This document shows positions 1 to 9,970 of a stretch of 64,000 bases of DNA, piece by piece. The notes beneath the pieces are model-generated. The model was not told the origin of the DNA. It did not search any database and worked only from the letters and a program-made list of their open reading frames with translations. Within the stretch, counting starts at the first letter, position 1; each line of letters opens with the position of its first letter. Source of the DNA: Geopsychrobacteraceae bacterium (GTDB lineage: Bacteria > Desulfobacterota > Desulfuromonadia > Desulfuromonadales > Geopsychrobacteraceae). The position numbers and the translations under genes were made by a program. The DNA lies in assembly GCA_963676795.2 (NCBI GenBank), contig CAXXTB010000001.1:192001-256000 (forward strand), in the 5' to 3' direction.

Positions 1-25
1 AGCCAACTGCTATATGGAGGCAAAC

Positions 26-592
26 ATGCCCAAATTTGACCGGATCATGACCCGGGGCGGTGACAAGGGAACGACCAGCCTGGTTGACGGCAGCCGGGTC
101 AGCAAAGCCTGCCAGCGGGTCACCACCTATGGCACCGTTGACGAACTGAATTCAGTTTTCGGCCTGGTGCGCTGTGAACAACTGCCGAAAGGGATAAATG
201 ACAAACTCCTCCAGCTGCAGAATGAGCTGTTTAACTTAGGCGGCGAACTGGCGACTCCGGCAAGCAGCGAATTTGCCGAACGCCTGCCTAAAATCACCCA
301 GCAGCAGATCGACCAGCTGGAAGGCTGGCTGGAAGAGGCGCGCGACCAGCTGACCCCGATGGAAAATTTTGTCCTGCCGGGAGGCAGCCGGGCGGCGGCG
401 ACCCTCCATCTGGCCCGAACCGTGACACGCCGCTGCGAACGGGAGCTGGTCGCCCTGATGGCAGAGGAGGAGATCAACCCTCTGGCCCTGCGCTTTGTCA
501 ACCGGCTCTCCGATCTCTGCTTTGTCTGGGCACGGCTGAGCAACGACTGCGGGCGGGGTGATATTTTCTGGTGCCCTGCGGGAAAAAACTGA
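26..592 (+). CDS. Cob(I)alamin adenosyltransferase, PduO/MMAB type
   Basis: N-terminal TRGGDKGTTSL, YGTVDELNS, FVLPGG, ARTVTRRCER and NRLSD motifs. Start moved to ATG 26, after GGAGG at 16-20. Confidence 0.92.
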   Translation: MPKFDRIMTRGGDKGTTSLVDGSRVSKACQRVTTYGTVDELNSVFGLVRCEQLPKGINDKLLQLQNELFNLGGELATPASSEFAERLPKITQQQIDQLEGWLEEARDQLTPMENFVLPGGSRAAATLHLARTVTRRCERELVALMAEEEINPLALRFVNRLSDLCFVWARLSNDCGRGDIFWCPAGKN

Positions 593-637
593 TCGGCGCC
601 ATCTCCTTTTTCGATTCGAAATCCTGATGTTTATAAC

Positions 638-694
638 ACCCCCCTCAATCCCCCCTATTTTATAGGGGGGAAGCAAGCTTGCGAGCAGGGGGGT
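638..694 (+). repeat. Palindromic intergenic repeat family A, copy 1 (~57 bp, REP-like)
   Basis: ACCCCCCTCAATCCCCCCTATTTTATAGGGGGGAAGCAAGCTTGCGAGCAGGGGGGT, with nested stems. Four more copies occur in the window. Confidence 0.9.
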
Positions 695-753
695 TAACCT
701 TGCCAAAACCCCGAACTGCTGATAATTTACCGTTTTTCTCGGGAGACCCGTAA

Positions 754-1269
754 ATGACTGATCAAAAACCGCCAGAAGAACCGTTGATCCCACGCCTGCT
801 TGCCAGCAACGCCCTGCGCGCCAACCTGACCAAGCACATGGATCTCAACAAGATGGCCGACTCCAAGGCGTCGATGATCATGACCGCCTCGTCGCTGGTG
901 ATCACCATCACCCTGACCCAGTATGAGAAGCTCGACCTGCTGACCGTCATTCTGCTGGCCGGATCGGGCATGCTCGCCGTGCTCTTTTCGATCCTGGCGA
1001 TCATTCCGCCGCTGCAAGTCAGCGGCCAGACCAACCTGTTCTACTTCCGATCCTTCAGCGAGTTAAGCGAAGAGGAGTTCAAGACGCAGTTCAAAGAAAC
1101 GATCATCGACAAAGAGAGGCTCTACGACGCCTACATGCACGAGATCTACTACCTCGGCCGTCATCGCCTGACACGCAAATATTTCTACGTGCGTAACGGC
1201 CTCTGGGCCCTGTTGCTCGGACTGCTGCTGGCCACCCTCTGCGCCCTTGTGACCCGGATCCTGTTGTGA
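754..1269 (+). CDS. Pycsar effector-like (DUF5706/PycTM-type) membrane protein
   Basis: MADSKASMIM motif followed by two TM helices, then LFYF, and a late K-Y-x-x-x-R segment before a third TM helix. Family recognised by eye. Confidence 0.65.
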   Translation: MTDQKPPEEPLIPRLLASNALRANLTKHMDLNKMADSKASMIMTASSLVITITLTQYEKLDLLTVILLAGSGMLAVLFSILAIIPPLQVSGQTNLFYFRSFSELSEEEFKTQFKETIIDKERLYDAYMHEIYYLGRHRLTRKYFYVRNGLWALLLGLLLATLCALVTRILL

Positions 1270-1979
1270 ATCTGGTGCTGCTCAATCATCAGGATTTCAT
1301 CTCTGACACACGGGTCATTGTCACCGGCCGCCAGGCAGACCACATCCGCAGCATCCACCAGGCCAAACAGGGGGATAACCTGCGGGTCGGTCTGCTCAAC
1401 AACCTGATGGGCAGCGGCGAGATCCTGAGCCTGAGCGATTCCCGGGTTGAACTGGAGGTCAAACTCAACCAGTTGCCGCCCGCTCCCCTCGACCTGACGC
1501 TGATCCTCGCTCTGCCACGGCCGAAGATGCTCAAACGGGTTCTCCAGGCAATCACCTCGATGGGGGTCAAGCGCCTCTACCTGATCAACAGCTACCGGGT
1601 TGAAAAGAGCTTCTGGAGCAGCCCGCTGCTTCAGCCGGAAGCGCTGACCAAACAGCTGATCCTGGGTCTTGAGCAGGGGCGTGATACCATGCTGCCAGAA
1701 ATCCGGCTAAGGCCGCGCTTCAAGCCGTTTGTCGAAGATGAACTGCCGCAGATCATCAGCGATACCAGCGCCTTTGTCGCTCATCCGCTGGCCGACAGCC
1801 CTTGTCCGCTCAATTTCACTCACGCGGCAACCCTGGCAATCGGCCCGGAAGGCGGATTTATCCCTTACGAAGTTGAAAAACTGATCGAATGCGGTTTCCA
1901 GAGCATTGCCCTGGGGGAACGGATTCTTCGCGTCGAAACGGCCGTCCCGGTTCTGCTCTCGCGGTTCAGCTCCTACTGA
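1266..1979 (+). CDS. rsmE: 16S rRNA m3U1498 methyltransferase
   Basis: LALPRPK, IGPEGGF and LGERILRVETA SPOUT motifs. GTG start overlaps the upstream stop (GTGA). Confidence 0.93.
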   Translation: MNLVLLNHQDFISDTRVIVTGRQADHIRSIHQAKQGDNLRVGLLNNLMGSGEILSLSDSRVELEVKLNQLPPAPLDLTLILALPRPKMLKRVLQAITSMGVKRLYLINSYRVEKSFWSSPLLQPEALTKQLILGLEQGRDTMLPEIRLRPRFKPFVEDELPQIISDTSAFVAHPLADSPCPLNFTHAATLAIGPEGGFIPYEVEKLIECGFQSIALGERILRVETAVPVLLSRFSSY

Positions 1980-2020
1980 GCAGAGCCTCTTCCTTGTTTC
2001 ACTCCTGAACAGGATCTGTT

Positions 2021-2554
2021 GTGCCACAAGCCAGAACCCACGATATCCTCACCACCGTAACCGCCATCGCTCTGGTACCAGCAACCTATCTACTGCTGAA
2101 AAACGCTGACCACTCGCTCTCAACGGCTCGCGTTGGCGCACTGTTGCTGCCGCTGGCCCACCTGATTTCCGGGGTCTTCTTCTCTCCGGATCTCGATATC
2201 GATTCGGCCATCGACAACCGCTGGGGCCCTCTGGCCTGGATCTGGCGCCCCTACATGTGGGCCGTTCCCCATCGCAGCCGCTGGCTCAGCCACGGACTGC
2301 TGATTCCGCCGCTACTGCGACTTCTCTACCTGATTCTTATGCTCGGCCTGCTGTTCATGGCCCTCGGTTTTATCCTGGGTCAGTTCCATCTCGCTCTTCC
2401 GGCATACGACAGGCAGACCTTTCATACGCTGCTGGCCCTAGCCCAAAGATACCCCCTGCAGATCGGTCTGATCCTCGCCGGCTTTATCACCGGCGGAGCG
2501 GTCCACAGCCTGGCCGACTGGATCGTCTCAGGGGCCAAAGCTGCCCTGCGTTAA
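2021..2554 (+). CDS. DUF2227-type putative metal-binding membrane protein
   Basis: N-terminal RTHD, SPDLD, RWG, HRSxLSH and C-terminal HxxAD motifs, plus hydrophobic helices. Confidence 0.75.
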   Translation: MPQARTHDILTTVTAIALVPATYLLLKNADHSLSTARVGALLLPLAHLISGVFFSPDLDIDSAIDNRWGPLAWIWRPYMWAVPHRSRWLSHGLLIPPLLRLLYLILMLGLLFMALGFILGQFHLALPAYDRQTFHTLLALAQRYPLQIGLILAGFITGGAVHSLADWIVSGAKAALR

Positions 2555-2692
2555 AGGCGAACATTTTGGACACAACCGCTTGAAATGCTCTTTCCCTGCG
2601 CCCAAAGAACAAAGATATGACTGCATTTTATTCACCTATCTGCTAAGCTGTGAAGTTCAGGTGCTTTTTTAAAACGATGGAAAAGGACAGGC

Positions 2693-3697
2693 ATGACCCT
2701 ACAGGACTGGGGCTGGGATGATTTCTTCGCCAGCCAGAAAGAGATCTGGTCTAACCCCAGATATATTCCCGCCAAGGTAATCCGTGGCGAAAAGAACTAT
2801 TTCCGGGTCTGGACAGAGCGCGGCGAAATGACCGTGCGCTTTGCCGGCAAGATCCGCCACAAGGCCGACGGGCGGGCTGACTTTCCGGTGGTCGGCGACT
2901 GGGTTGCGGTCAGCTTTCAGGGGGATCGCGGTCTGATCCACGCCATCTGTCAGCGCAAAAGCTCCTTCTCACGCAACCAGCCGGGGCGGCGTAAGGCCAA
3001 AGGCGGTTTTGAGCGTTCCAAACAGCAGGTCATCGCCGCCAATGTCGACCTGGTCTGCATCGTCAGCGGTCTCGACCAGGACTACAACCTGCGGCGCATC
3101 GAGCGCTACCTGACCCTGGTCGGAAACAGTGGCGCAAAGGCGCTGATCCTGCTCAACAAGGCTGACCTGTGTGACGATGCCGAGGACTGCCTTGAAGAGG
3201 TCAAAACCATTGCTGGCCAAACTCCGATCCATCTATGTACAGCCCGCAACAGCGAAGAAATCCATTTTCTCTTTGATTACCTGCAACCCGGCCAGACCCT
3301 TGCATTTCTAGGCTCTTCAGGAGTCGGCAAATCGACGTTGGTCAACGCCCTGCTTGGTGAGCAAATCCAGAAGATCGGAGCCGTCAGCGAAGCCGATGGC
3401 AAAGGGCGACACACCACCACCCACCGGGAACTGTTCCTGCTCGATCAGGGCGGGATTCTGATGGATAATCCGGGAATGCGTGAACTCCACCTGTGGGGGG
3501 AAGAGGAAGACCTGAACGAGTCGTTCACCGATATAGAAAAGTTGGCTCAGGGCTGTAAATTCAGCGACTGCCAACATCTGTCGGAACCACAATGTGCTGT
3601 TAAACAAGCCGTTGAAGACGGTCAACTCGATGATGAACGGTTATTCAACTACCACAAGCTGAAAGAAGAGCTGAACAATCTGGAACCTTACAAATAA
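2693..3697 (+). CDS. rsgA: Ribosome small subunit-dependent GTPase A
   Basis: Circularly permuted GTPase motifs NKAD, GSSGVGKS, GRHTT and DNPG, with C-terminal Zn finger CKFSDCQHLSEPQC. Confidence 0.95.
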   Translation: MTLQDWGWDDFFASQKEIWSNPRYIPAKVIRGEKNYFRVWTERGEMTVRFAGKIRHKADGRADFPVVGDWVAVSFQGDRGLIHAICQRKSSFSRNQPGRRKAKGGFERSKQQVIAANVDLVCIVSGLDQDYNLRRIERYLTLVGNSGAKALILLNKADLCDDAEDCLEEVKTIAGQTPIHLCTARNSEEIHFLFDYLQPGQTLAFLGSSGVGKSTLVNALLGEQIQKIGAVSEADGKGRHTTTHRELFLLDQGGILMDNPGMRELHLWGEEEDLNESFTDIEKLAQGCKFSDCQHLSEPQCAVKQAVEDGQLDDERLFNYHKLKEELNNLEPYK

Positions 3698-3768
3698 GTT
3701 ATATATTTCAGATTGCTCATTGTAATCTGACGTTTGTCTCCGATATTATTGACCTTTATCCTGTTGCT

Positions 3769-6009
3769 TTGTGGGGGAGGCGAACTTTGCGCATTCTGAG
3801 CATCATGATATGCCTGATCCTGTTGCCGCTATTTGACCTTCATGCGGCCGTGCGCATTGCCATCGACAACAACCCTCCTGTCGAATCGATCGATGACTCG
3901 GGGCAAGCCGTCGGCTTTTTCCCGGAACTTTTCAACCAGCTCGCCAAAGAAAACAACTGGGAGATCGAATACGTTCCCTGCAGCTGGGCACAGTGCATGG
4001 AGTTGCTCAACGACCATCAGGTCGATGTTCTGCCTGCCATTGCCTATACCAAAGAGCGCGCTAACTTCTACAATTTTTCAGCTGAACCCGTTTTCAGCAC
4101 CTGGGGACAGCTGTTCCATCACAAAGACACGGCAATCGATTCAATACTCGATCTGCAAGACAAAACAGTGGCCGTCCTTGATGGTGATATTTTTTTCACC
4201 GGAGATCAGGGGTTACGCCAGCTCGTTGGAAATTTCGGGATTTCCGTCACATTTTTGCCGGTTGACAGCTATGCAGAAACACTTAAGGCTGTTGCCGCCA
4301 ACAAGGCAGACGCCGCATTGGTTGGGCAATTTTTTGGCCTGAAATACGCTGCCGACTATAATTCTGTTCCTTCTTCGGTGCTGGTCAATCCGATACAGGT
4401 CCGCCCCGCGTTTTCAACCAGGAGCGACCCGCAACTTCTCAATACATTCAACCTTTCGATGAGAAAGTGGATGGATTCACCCGATTCCGTCTATTTTCGT
4501 CTTCACCATCAGTGGCTGCACAGCGACCCCCTGCCTGTAACGCCGCTGTGGCTGAAATCCCTGATGTATTCTCTGCTGGCTGTCCTGATTCTGTCATTCT
4601 TGACGATTATCTACAGCCGCAGACAGGTCAGGCTCAAAACCAGGGAGCTGGCCGAAAAAAATCTGCGCCTTGAAGATGAGTTACTTGAACGCCAGAGCAT
4701 CGAGCAGGAGCTCTCCGAACGCCAACAGCAATACCAGGTTTTCTTCGAAGATTCCCTGACCATCGTTCTGTTGACCGATCCGGAAACAGGCCAGATTTTC
4801 GACGCCAATCCAGCCGCCTGCAACTTCTACAAATATTCGCGGAAAGACATAAAAAAACTTAAAATCTGGGACATCAACCAGGCCGACACAGAGCAGATCC
4901 GAACTCACATGGGAGATGTCAAAAACTCGAGGAGTTTTCACTTCGAGTTCATCCATAAACTCGCGGACGGGCAACTGCGCCCGGTGGAAGTTTTCTGCTC
5001 TGCCATTAAGATCAAAGGAAAACCGGTTCTCTGCTCAATCATTCACGACATCAGTGACCGGAAAAAGGCCGAGGAACAGATCCGGGAAAAAAATGTTTTT
5101 CTTCAGGCCGTTATCGACGGTGTCTCCGACCCGCTCAAGGTCATCGACCTCAATCACCGTGTCCTGCAGATGAACAATGCTGCCCGACAACAGATTGATC
5201 CGTCCTGCGCTGAAGAAGATGAGCATTGCCAGAAGCTTTTTCACGCCTCCCAAATCCCCTGTGATGAAGATACGTTCTGCCCTCTGGCCGAAGTGAAGGA
5301 AACCCTCAAACCTGTCGTCAAGGTCCACCAACGGGATGTCGATAACACCAAGCGCTACTTTGAGCTGATCGCCTCTCCCCTGTTTGACGCACAGGGACAG
5401 CTTTACGCCATCGTTGAAGTGGCCCGCGACATCACCGAACGCCTGCAGATCGAGGAGCTCTTGAGCGAGAATGAAAAACGCCTGCACCATCTGGCCCATC
5501 ACGATGCCCTGACCAACCTGCCGAACCGCCTGCTCTTCGAAGACCGGCTCAGACACGCCATCAGCAAGGCCCGCCGTAGTCACCGGCAGATCGCCCTGTT
5601 CTTCCTCGACCTCGACTATTTTAAAGAGGTCAATGACAACCTGGGGCATGACGCCGGCGACCAGCTGCTGAAAAACATAGCCAAACGGCTGCGCAACAGT
5701 GTTCGGGAAGCCGATACCGTGGCGCGTATGGGTGGAGATGAATTCCTGATTCTGCTTGAGGAGATCGACTCGATCGAACTGATCGAAGCAACCGCAGAGC
5801 GGATCAGCTCGGCCTTGAACCATCAGCTCTGCAAGGAAGATTTCTGCCAGGAGATCAGCGCCAGCATCGGAATCGCCATCTTTCCGGAAGACGCCACAAC
5901 CGCTAAAGATCTGATGAAAGCCGCGGACGAAGCGATGTACCGGGCCAAAAAATCAGGTAAGGCCCACTTCCAGTTCTACTCAGCCCCACAGGGGCGTTTT
6001 GTCTTCTGA
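3769..6009 (+). CDS. Diguanylate cyclase with periplasmic solute-binding domain, TM and two PAS domains
   Basis: SBP family-3-like N-terminus. HDALTNLPNR, RxxD I-site (READ) five residues before GGDEF, SASIG. No EAL domain. Start uncertain. Confidence 0.88.
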   Translation: MWGRRTLRILSIMICLILLPLFDLHAAVRIAIDNNPPVESIDDSGQAVGFFPELFNQLAKENNWEIEYVPCSWAQCMELLNDHQVDVLPAIAYTKERANFYNFSAEPVFSTWGQLFHHKDTAIDSILDLQDKTVAVLDGDIFFTGDQGLRQLVGNFGISVTFLPVDSYAETLKAVAANKADAALVGQFFGLKYAADYNSVPSSVLVNPIQVRPAFSTRSDPQLLNTFNLSMRKWMDSPDSVYFRLHHQWLHSDPLPVTPLWLKSLMYSLLAVLILSFLTIIYSRRQVRLKTRELAEKNLRLEDELLERQSIEQELSERQQQYQVFFEDSLTIVLLTDPETGQIFDANPAACNFYKYSRKDIKKLKIWDINQADTEQIRTHMGDVKNSRSFHFEFIHKLADGQLRPVEVFCSAIKIKGKPVLCSIIHDISDRKKAEEQIREKNVFLQAVIDGVSDPLKVIDLNHRVLQMNNAARQQIDPSCAEEDEHCQKLFHASQIPCDEDTFCPLAEVKETLKPVVKVHQRDVDNTKRYFELIASPLFDAQGQLYAIVEVARDITERLQIEELLSENEKRLHHLAHHDALTNLPNRLLFEDRLRHAISKARRSHRQIALFFLDLDYFKEVNDNLGHDAGDQLLKNIAKRLRNSVREADTVARMGGDEFLILLEEIDSIELIEATAERISSALNHQLCKEDFCQEISASIGIAIFPEDATTAKDLMKAADEAMYRAKKSGKAHFQFYSAPQGRFVF

Positions 6010-6150
6010 ACGACTCTGACTCAAAAAAAGTGAAAAGATCAGGCTTTATGATCTATAGCTGGTATTATATTTATTAACCAGACTGAATAATCCATGTGGT
6101 CATAACTTTTCACAACTGTCAATCCGGATACATTGTCAGGGCGTCATTAA

Positions 6151-9100
6151 ATGAATATGACCAGATTTTTCACTGCACTCGTCATCCTTGTTGGCGGAGC
6201 GACACTCACACTGACAGCATTCCTTATGACCAAAATCTGGGAAAAGGAGATAATTAGCGCTGCTCTGGCGCGTGACAACATCGCCTGCAGTGCCGCACTG
6301 CAAACCCAGATCGAACTGCACCTGATGCTGAGCCGTTCACTGCTGGGATTGTTTACCTCTTCAGAACAGGTCAGCCGGGACGAGTTCAATCGCTTTGCCG
6401 ATACCCTGATAAGAAATTCAACAAATATTATCGCTGTAGGCTGGCTGCCAAGGATTCGAGCTGAAGAACGCGACCAGTTTGCAAAAGAATTAAAATCATT
6501 CAGAGCGGACCACAGAGGCCTCTGGGAATTCAACGCCTCAGCTGAGCCTGTCGAAGCCGGCCCTAGAAAAAATTATTTCCCAGTCTTCTATACCATACCG
6601 TTTGAATCCACCCGGCGGCTGTTGGGTTTTGATGTCTCCTCTGTGGCTGATGCCTCAGCAGCCATGGAGACAGCCCGGGATTCTGCGGATGTGGCTGTTG
6701 CAGCAGAAATCCGTCCAGCCATTGAAGGACAACAGGAAAAGCGTTTTGTGACCTTCCTGCCCTATTACACAGCTGGCAGAATTCCGCAAAGCATTATTGA
6801 ACGCCGGGAAACTTTACAGGGATTTCTGGTCAGCAGCCATAAGATTGAAAGCATCCTCTCTGCCAGCCTGTCTGCCAGCGGCGAGGAGAGAATAAACCTC
6901 TATCTGTTCGACCAGACGGATCGTTCTCAGACTCGCTTCCTCTATGCATACGGCAAAACAATCTCCGACTCGCCAACCGATCTGTCGACACTGCTAGGTT
7001 CAGGAGCTGTCCAGACCAGGGACATAAAGGTCGGCAACAGAACCTGGCTTCTGGCAGTCGAAGCCACCCCCGCGTATAGTGCCGCAAAGAAAACCTGGCA
7101 GCCGTTTTTTGTCCTGATAACCGGAACCCTTATCTCTCTTTTGCTCGTCGCTTTCATTGATAAGATCCTGACCTCCTCCCAACGCGCCAGACAGTTGGCC
7201 CAAAAAGAGAGGGATGCGCGCAAGCTGGCCGAGGAAGCACTGGCCGAACAACATCGAACCGAGGTTGCGCTCCGCGAGAGCGAACAGAGATTCAGAGCCA
7301 TATTCAACAATTCCTATCAGTTTACCGGGCTGCTGAAGACCGACGGTACCCTGATCGATGCCAACGACACGGCCCTCGCCTTCATCAATGCCGACAAATC
7401 AGAGGTGATCGACAAGCCCTTCTGGGAATCAGGCTGGTGGGGTCACTCTGACGAGTTGTGCGAACAGCTGAAAAAGGCGATCGCTCAGGCCGCCACAGGG
7501 AAACAGGTCCTGTTTGTCGCTACCCATCTTTCCGCCAGGGACCAGATTCATACTGTCGAGGTCTCCATCACACCGATATTCGATGAACAGGGGCAGGTGC
7601 AACTGCTCATCCCCGAAGGGCGGGACATTTCCGAGCGCATCGAGATGGAGCAGAAACTGGAAGCCAGCGAAAAAGATCTGCGCATGCTGCTCGAACAATC
7701 GCCCATCGGTCTGAGACTCTGCACCCTGGATGGTCAGATCGTAGAGGCCAACCCGGCCTTTTCCAGAATCATCGGCTATACGATTGAGGAAATTTTGCAA
7801 TTAAATGTAATCGACATAACACCATCAGAATACGCCCTTGAGGAACGTGACTCGTTCATTTACCAGCTGAACACAACAGGCAGCTTCGGTCCCTACGAAA
7901 AGGAGTATATCCACAAGGACGGACACCTGGTTCCGGTGCGCATCAACGGCATTCTGCTTGAGCGGCGTGGCGAAAAGTTCTTCTGGGCCAGCATCGAAGA
8001 CATCACGGCCTTAAAAGCCTCCGAAAAAGAAGCCCAACTCCTGACCGAGCAACTGATTCAAGCCCAGAAGATCGAAGCGATCGGCACCCTGGCCAGCGGC
8101 ATAGCGCACGATTTCAATAATATCCTCTCGGCCATTCTGGGCTTTGCCGAACTGACCCTGAGAAACGCCAGCTGTGATCCGGCCACTGAGAAAAACCTCG
8201 GATTCATCCTGTCGGCCACCAATCGGGGCCGTGACCTGGTCCGCCAGATTCTCATGTTCAGTCGCAAGGAGAACGAAACCCAGGAGGCCTTTACCGTCGC
8301 TCCCATCGTTGAAGAAACCTATGCGTTGTTACGCCAGATGATCCCCTCGAGCATTTCTATCAGCCTCGATGCCCAGGAACAGGTCGGAAAGATCGCAGGG
8401 GATAAAACCCAGATTCAGCAGGTCATCATGAATCTCTGTACCAATGCCTTTCATGCCATGCCTGACAGTGGAGGACAGATCAACATCGGTCTGAAGCAAG
8501 TTAAGCTTGACGGAACTCGTGCAACCGGCAAGAACCTGCCCCATGGTGAATACGCGCTGATTACAGTCGCCGATAACGGCAGCGGCATTCCGGAGCAGAT
8601 CATCAGTCAAATCTTTGATCCGTTCTTTACGACCAAGGAAAGGGAACGCGGTACAGGGCTGGGACTCTCGGTTGTTCATGGTATTGTCAAAAGACACGGC
8701 GGCACAATCGAGGTAGAAAGCACAGTCGGCAAAGGGTCAACATTCTTCGTCTTTCTTCCCGTCTCTTCAGCATCCAATGATGCTGATTCTCACGAAGAAC
8801 ACCCGTTGGAAACAGGACACGGCGATGAGAGAATCCTGTTCATCGATGACGAACCGATGCTCAAAGAACTCGGTCAGCTGTCACTGGAAACCTTTGGCTA
8901 CCAGGTCACGGCAACCACCTCCGCCAAAGAAGCGCTGGAACTGTTCAGTGATGATCCATCAGCCTTTGATCTGATCATCACCGATCAGACCATGCCGGAA
9001 ATGACCGGTACCGATCTGACCCGAAAAGCTCTCTCCATTCGCCCGGATATTCCGATCATCATCTGCACAGGAGATGGCGACAAAAAAACGCGTGAAAAAG

Positions 9101-9186
9101 CCCTGTCGTTCGGTGCCAGAGCCCTGCTGGCAAAACCAGTGAGGATTAACGAACTGGTCCGGGAAATCAGAAAATTTCTCGGCTGA
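6151..9186 (+). CDS. Hybrid sensor histidine kinase (CHASE-PAS-PAS-HisKA-HATPase-REC)
   Basis: CHASE-like periplasmic region (LLGFDV), two PAS domains, GIAHDFNN H-box, DNGSG/PFFTTK/GTGLGL, and a receiver domain with ITDQTMP. Confidence 0.9.
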   Translation: MNMTRFFTALVILVGGATLTLTAFLMTKIWEKEIISAALARDNIACSAALQTQIELHLMLSRSLLGLFTSSEQVSRDEFNRFADTLIRNSTNIIAVGWLPRIRAEERDQFAKELKSFRADHRGLWEFNASAEPVEAGPRKNYFPVFYTIPFESTRRLLGFDVSSVADASAAMETARDSADVAVAAEIRPAIEGQQEKRFVTFLPYYTAGRIPQSIIERRETLQGFLVSSHKIESILSASLSASGEERINLYLFDQTDRSQTRFLYAYGKTISDSPTDLSTLLGSGAVQTRDIKVGNRTWLLAVEATPAYSAAKKTWQPFFVLITGTLISLLLVAFIDKILTSSQRARQLAQKERDARKLAEEALAEQHRTEVALRESEQRFRAIFNNSYQFTGLLKTDGTLIDANDTALAFINADKSEVIDKPFWESGWWGHSDELCEQLKKAIAQAATGKQVLFVATHLSARDQIHTVEVSITPIFDEQGQVQLLIPEGRDISERIEMEQKLEASEKDLRMLLEQSPIGLRLCTLDGQIVEANPAFSRIIGYTIEEILQLNVIDITPSEYALEERDSFIYQLNTTGSFGPYEKEYIHKDGHLVPVRINGILLERRGEKFFWASIEDITALKASEKEAQLLTEQLIQAQKIEAIGTLASGIAHDFNNILSAILGFAELTLRNASCDPATEKNLGFILSATNRGRDLVRQILMFSRKENETQEAFTVAPIVEETYALLRQMIPSSISISLDAQEQVGKIAGDKTQIQQVIMNLCTNAFHAMPDSGGQINIGLKQVKLDGTRATGKNLPHGEYALITVADNGSGIPEQIISQIFDPFFTTKERERGTGLGLSVVHGIVKRHGGTIEVESTVGKGSTFFVFLPVSSASNDADSHEEHPLETGHGDERILFIDDEPMLKELGQLSLETFGYQVTATTSAKEALELFSDDPSAFDLIITDQTMPEMTGTDLTRKALSIRPDIPIIICTGDGDKKTREKALSFGARALLAKPVRINELVREIRKFLG

Positions 9187-9338
9187 ATAAAAGCCCTCTG
9201 GAGTCCGAAGCTTCAGGCGTCCTACCATCACTTGAGAAGGGAACCTGTTTTGAGTGAAAGCCTGCTCCGGTCATAGTCCATCACCAGGGCAGGCAAGGCA
9301 GGTCTCGAATTCGAGAAAAGAGTAACTTCTAACCCAAA

Positions 9339-9791
9339 CTATTCTGTTTCTTCCAGGCGAACGGTCAGAACCGGGATCGGTGATTTGCGGACAACCTTTT
9401 CCGCGGTGCTGCCGAACAGCACATGATCGAAGCCGGAACGACCATGGGTTCCCATGATGATCATGTCCGCATTATTCACCCGGGCCGTAGCGATAATCTT
9501 GTCATGGGGCAGGCCCGAAACAACCAGGCCCTGATGATTTTCATAGTCATACAACTTGCGCTTGCAGAAATCGGTCATCAGTTTCTGCGCTCCCTCGGCC
9601 AATTCTTCCTCAAGTTTCTCAAATGAAATATGCGGGAAATAGTAACCATGAAGATCGATCGATTCATCCACAACGTGCAGCGCAATCAGCTTCGCCTGAT
9701 ACTTCATGGCAATAGAGAGTGCCATCTGAAAAGCATTGTCGGAACTGTCTGAAAAATCAACCGGTACGACTATCGTCTTGATGTCCTTCAT
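9339..9791 (-). CDS. Universal stress protein (UspA family)
   Basis: IVVPVDFS...IMGTHGRSG...GSTAEKVVR. Start at MKDIK after GGAGG. Confidence 0.92.
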   Translation of the reverse strand: MKDIKTIVVPVDFSDSSDNAFQMALSIAMKYQAKLIALHVVDESIDLHGYYFPHISFEKLEEELAEGAQKLMTDFCKRKLYDYENHQGLVVSGLPHDKIIATARVNNADMIIMGTHGRSGFDHVLFGSTAEKVVRKSPIPVLTVRLEETE

Positions 9792-9970
9792 ATAATCCTC
9801 CATTATGATGAATCCCCGGCGGATTGTAGCTCGGGAAGTTCTGCTCAGATCGGATCATTCTTTCATACAACCATAATAATTTATTATATGAATATTCATA
9901 TGCTACAACCAGTATTGTCAAGTGATTTTATTTTTCAAAATCACCGGAAACTATGGGACTTCTGATTTCG

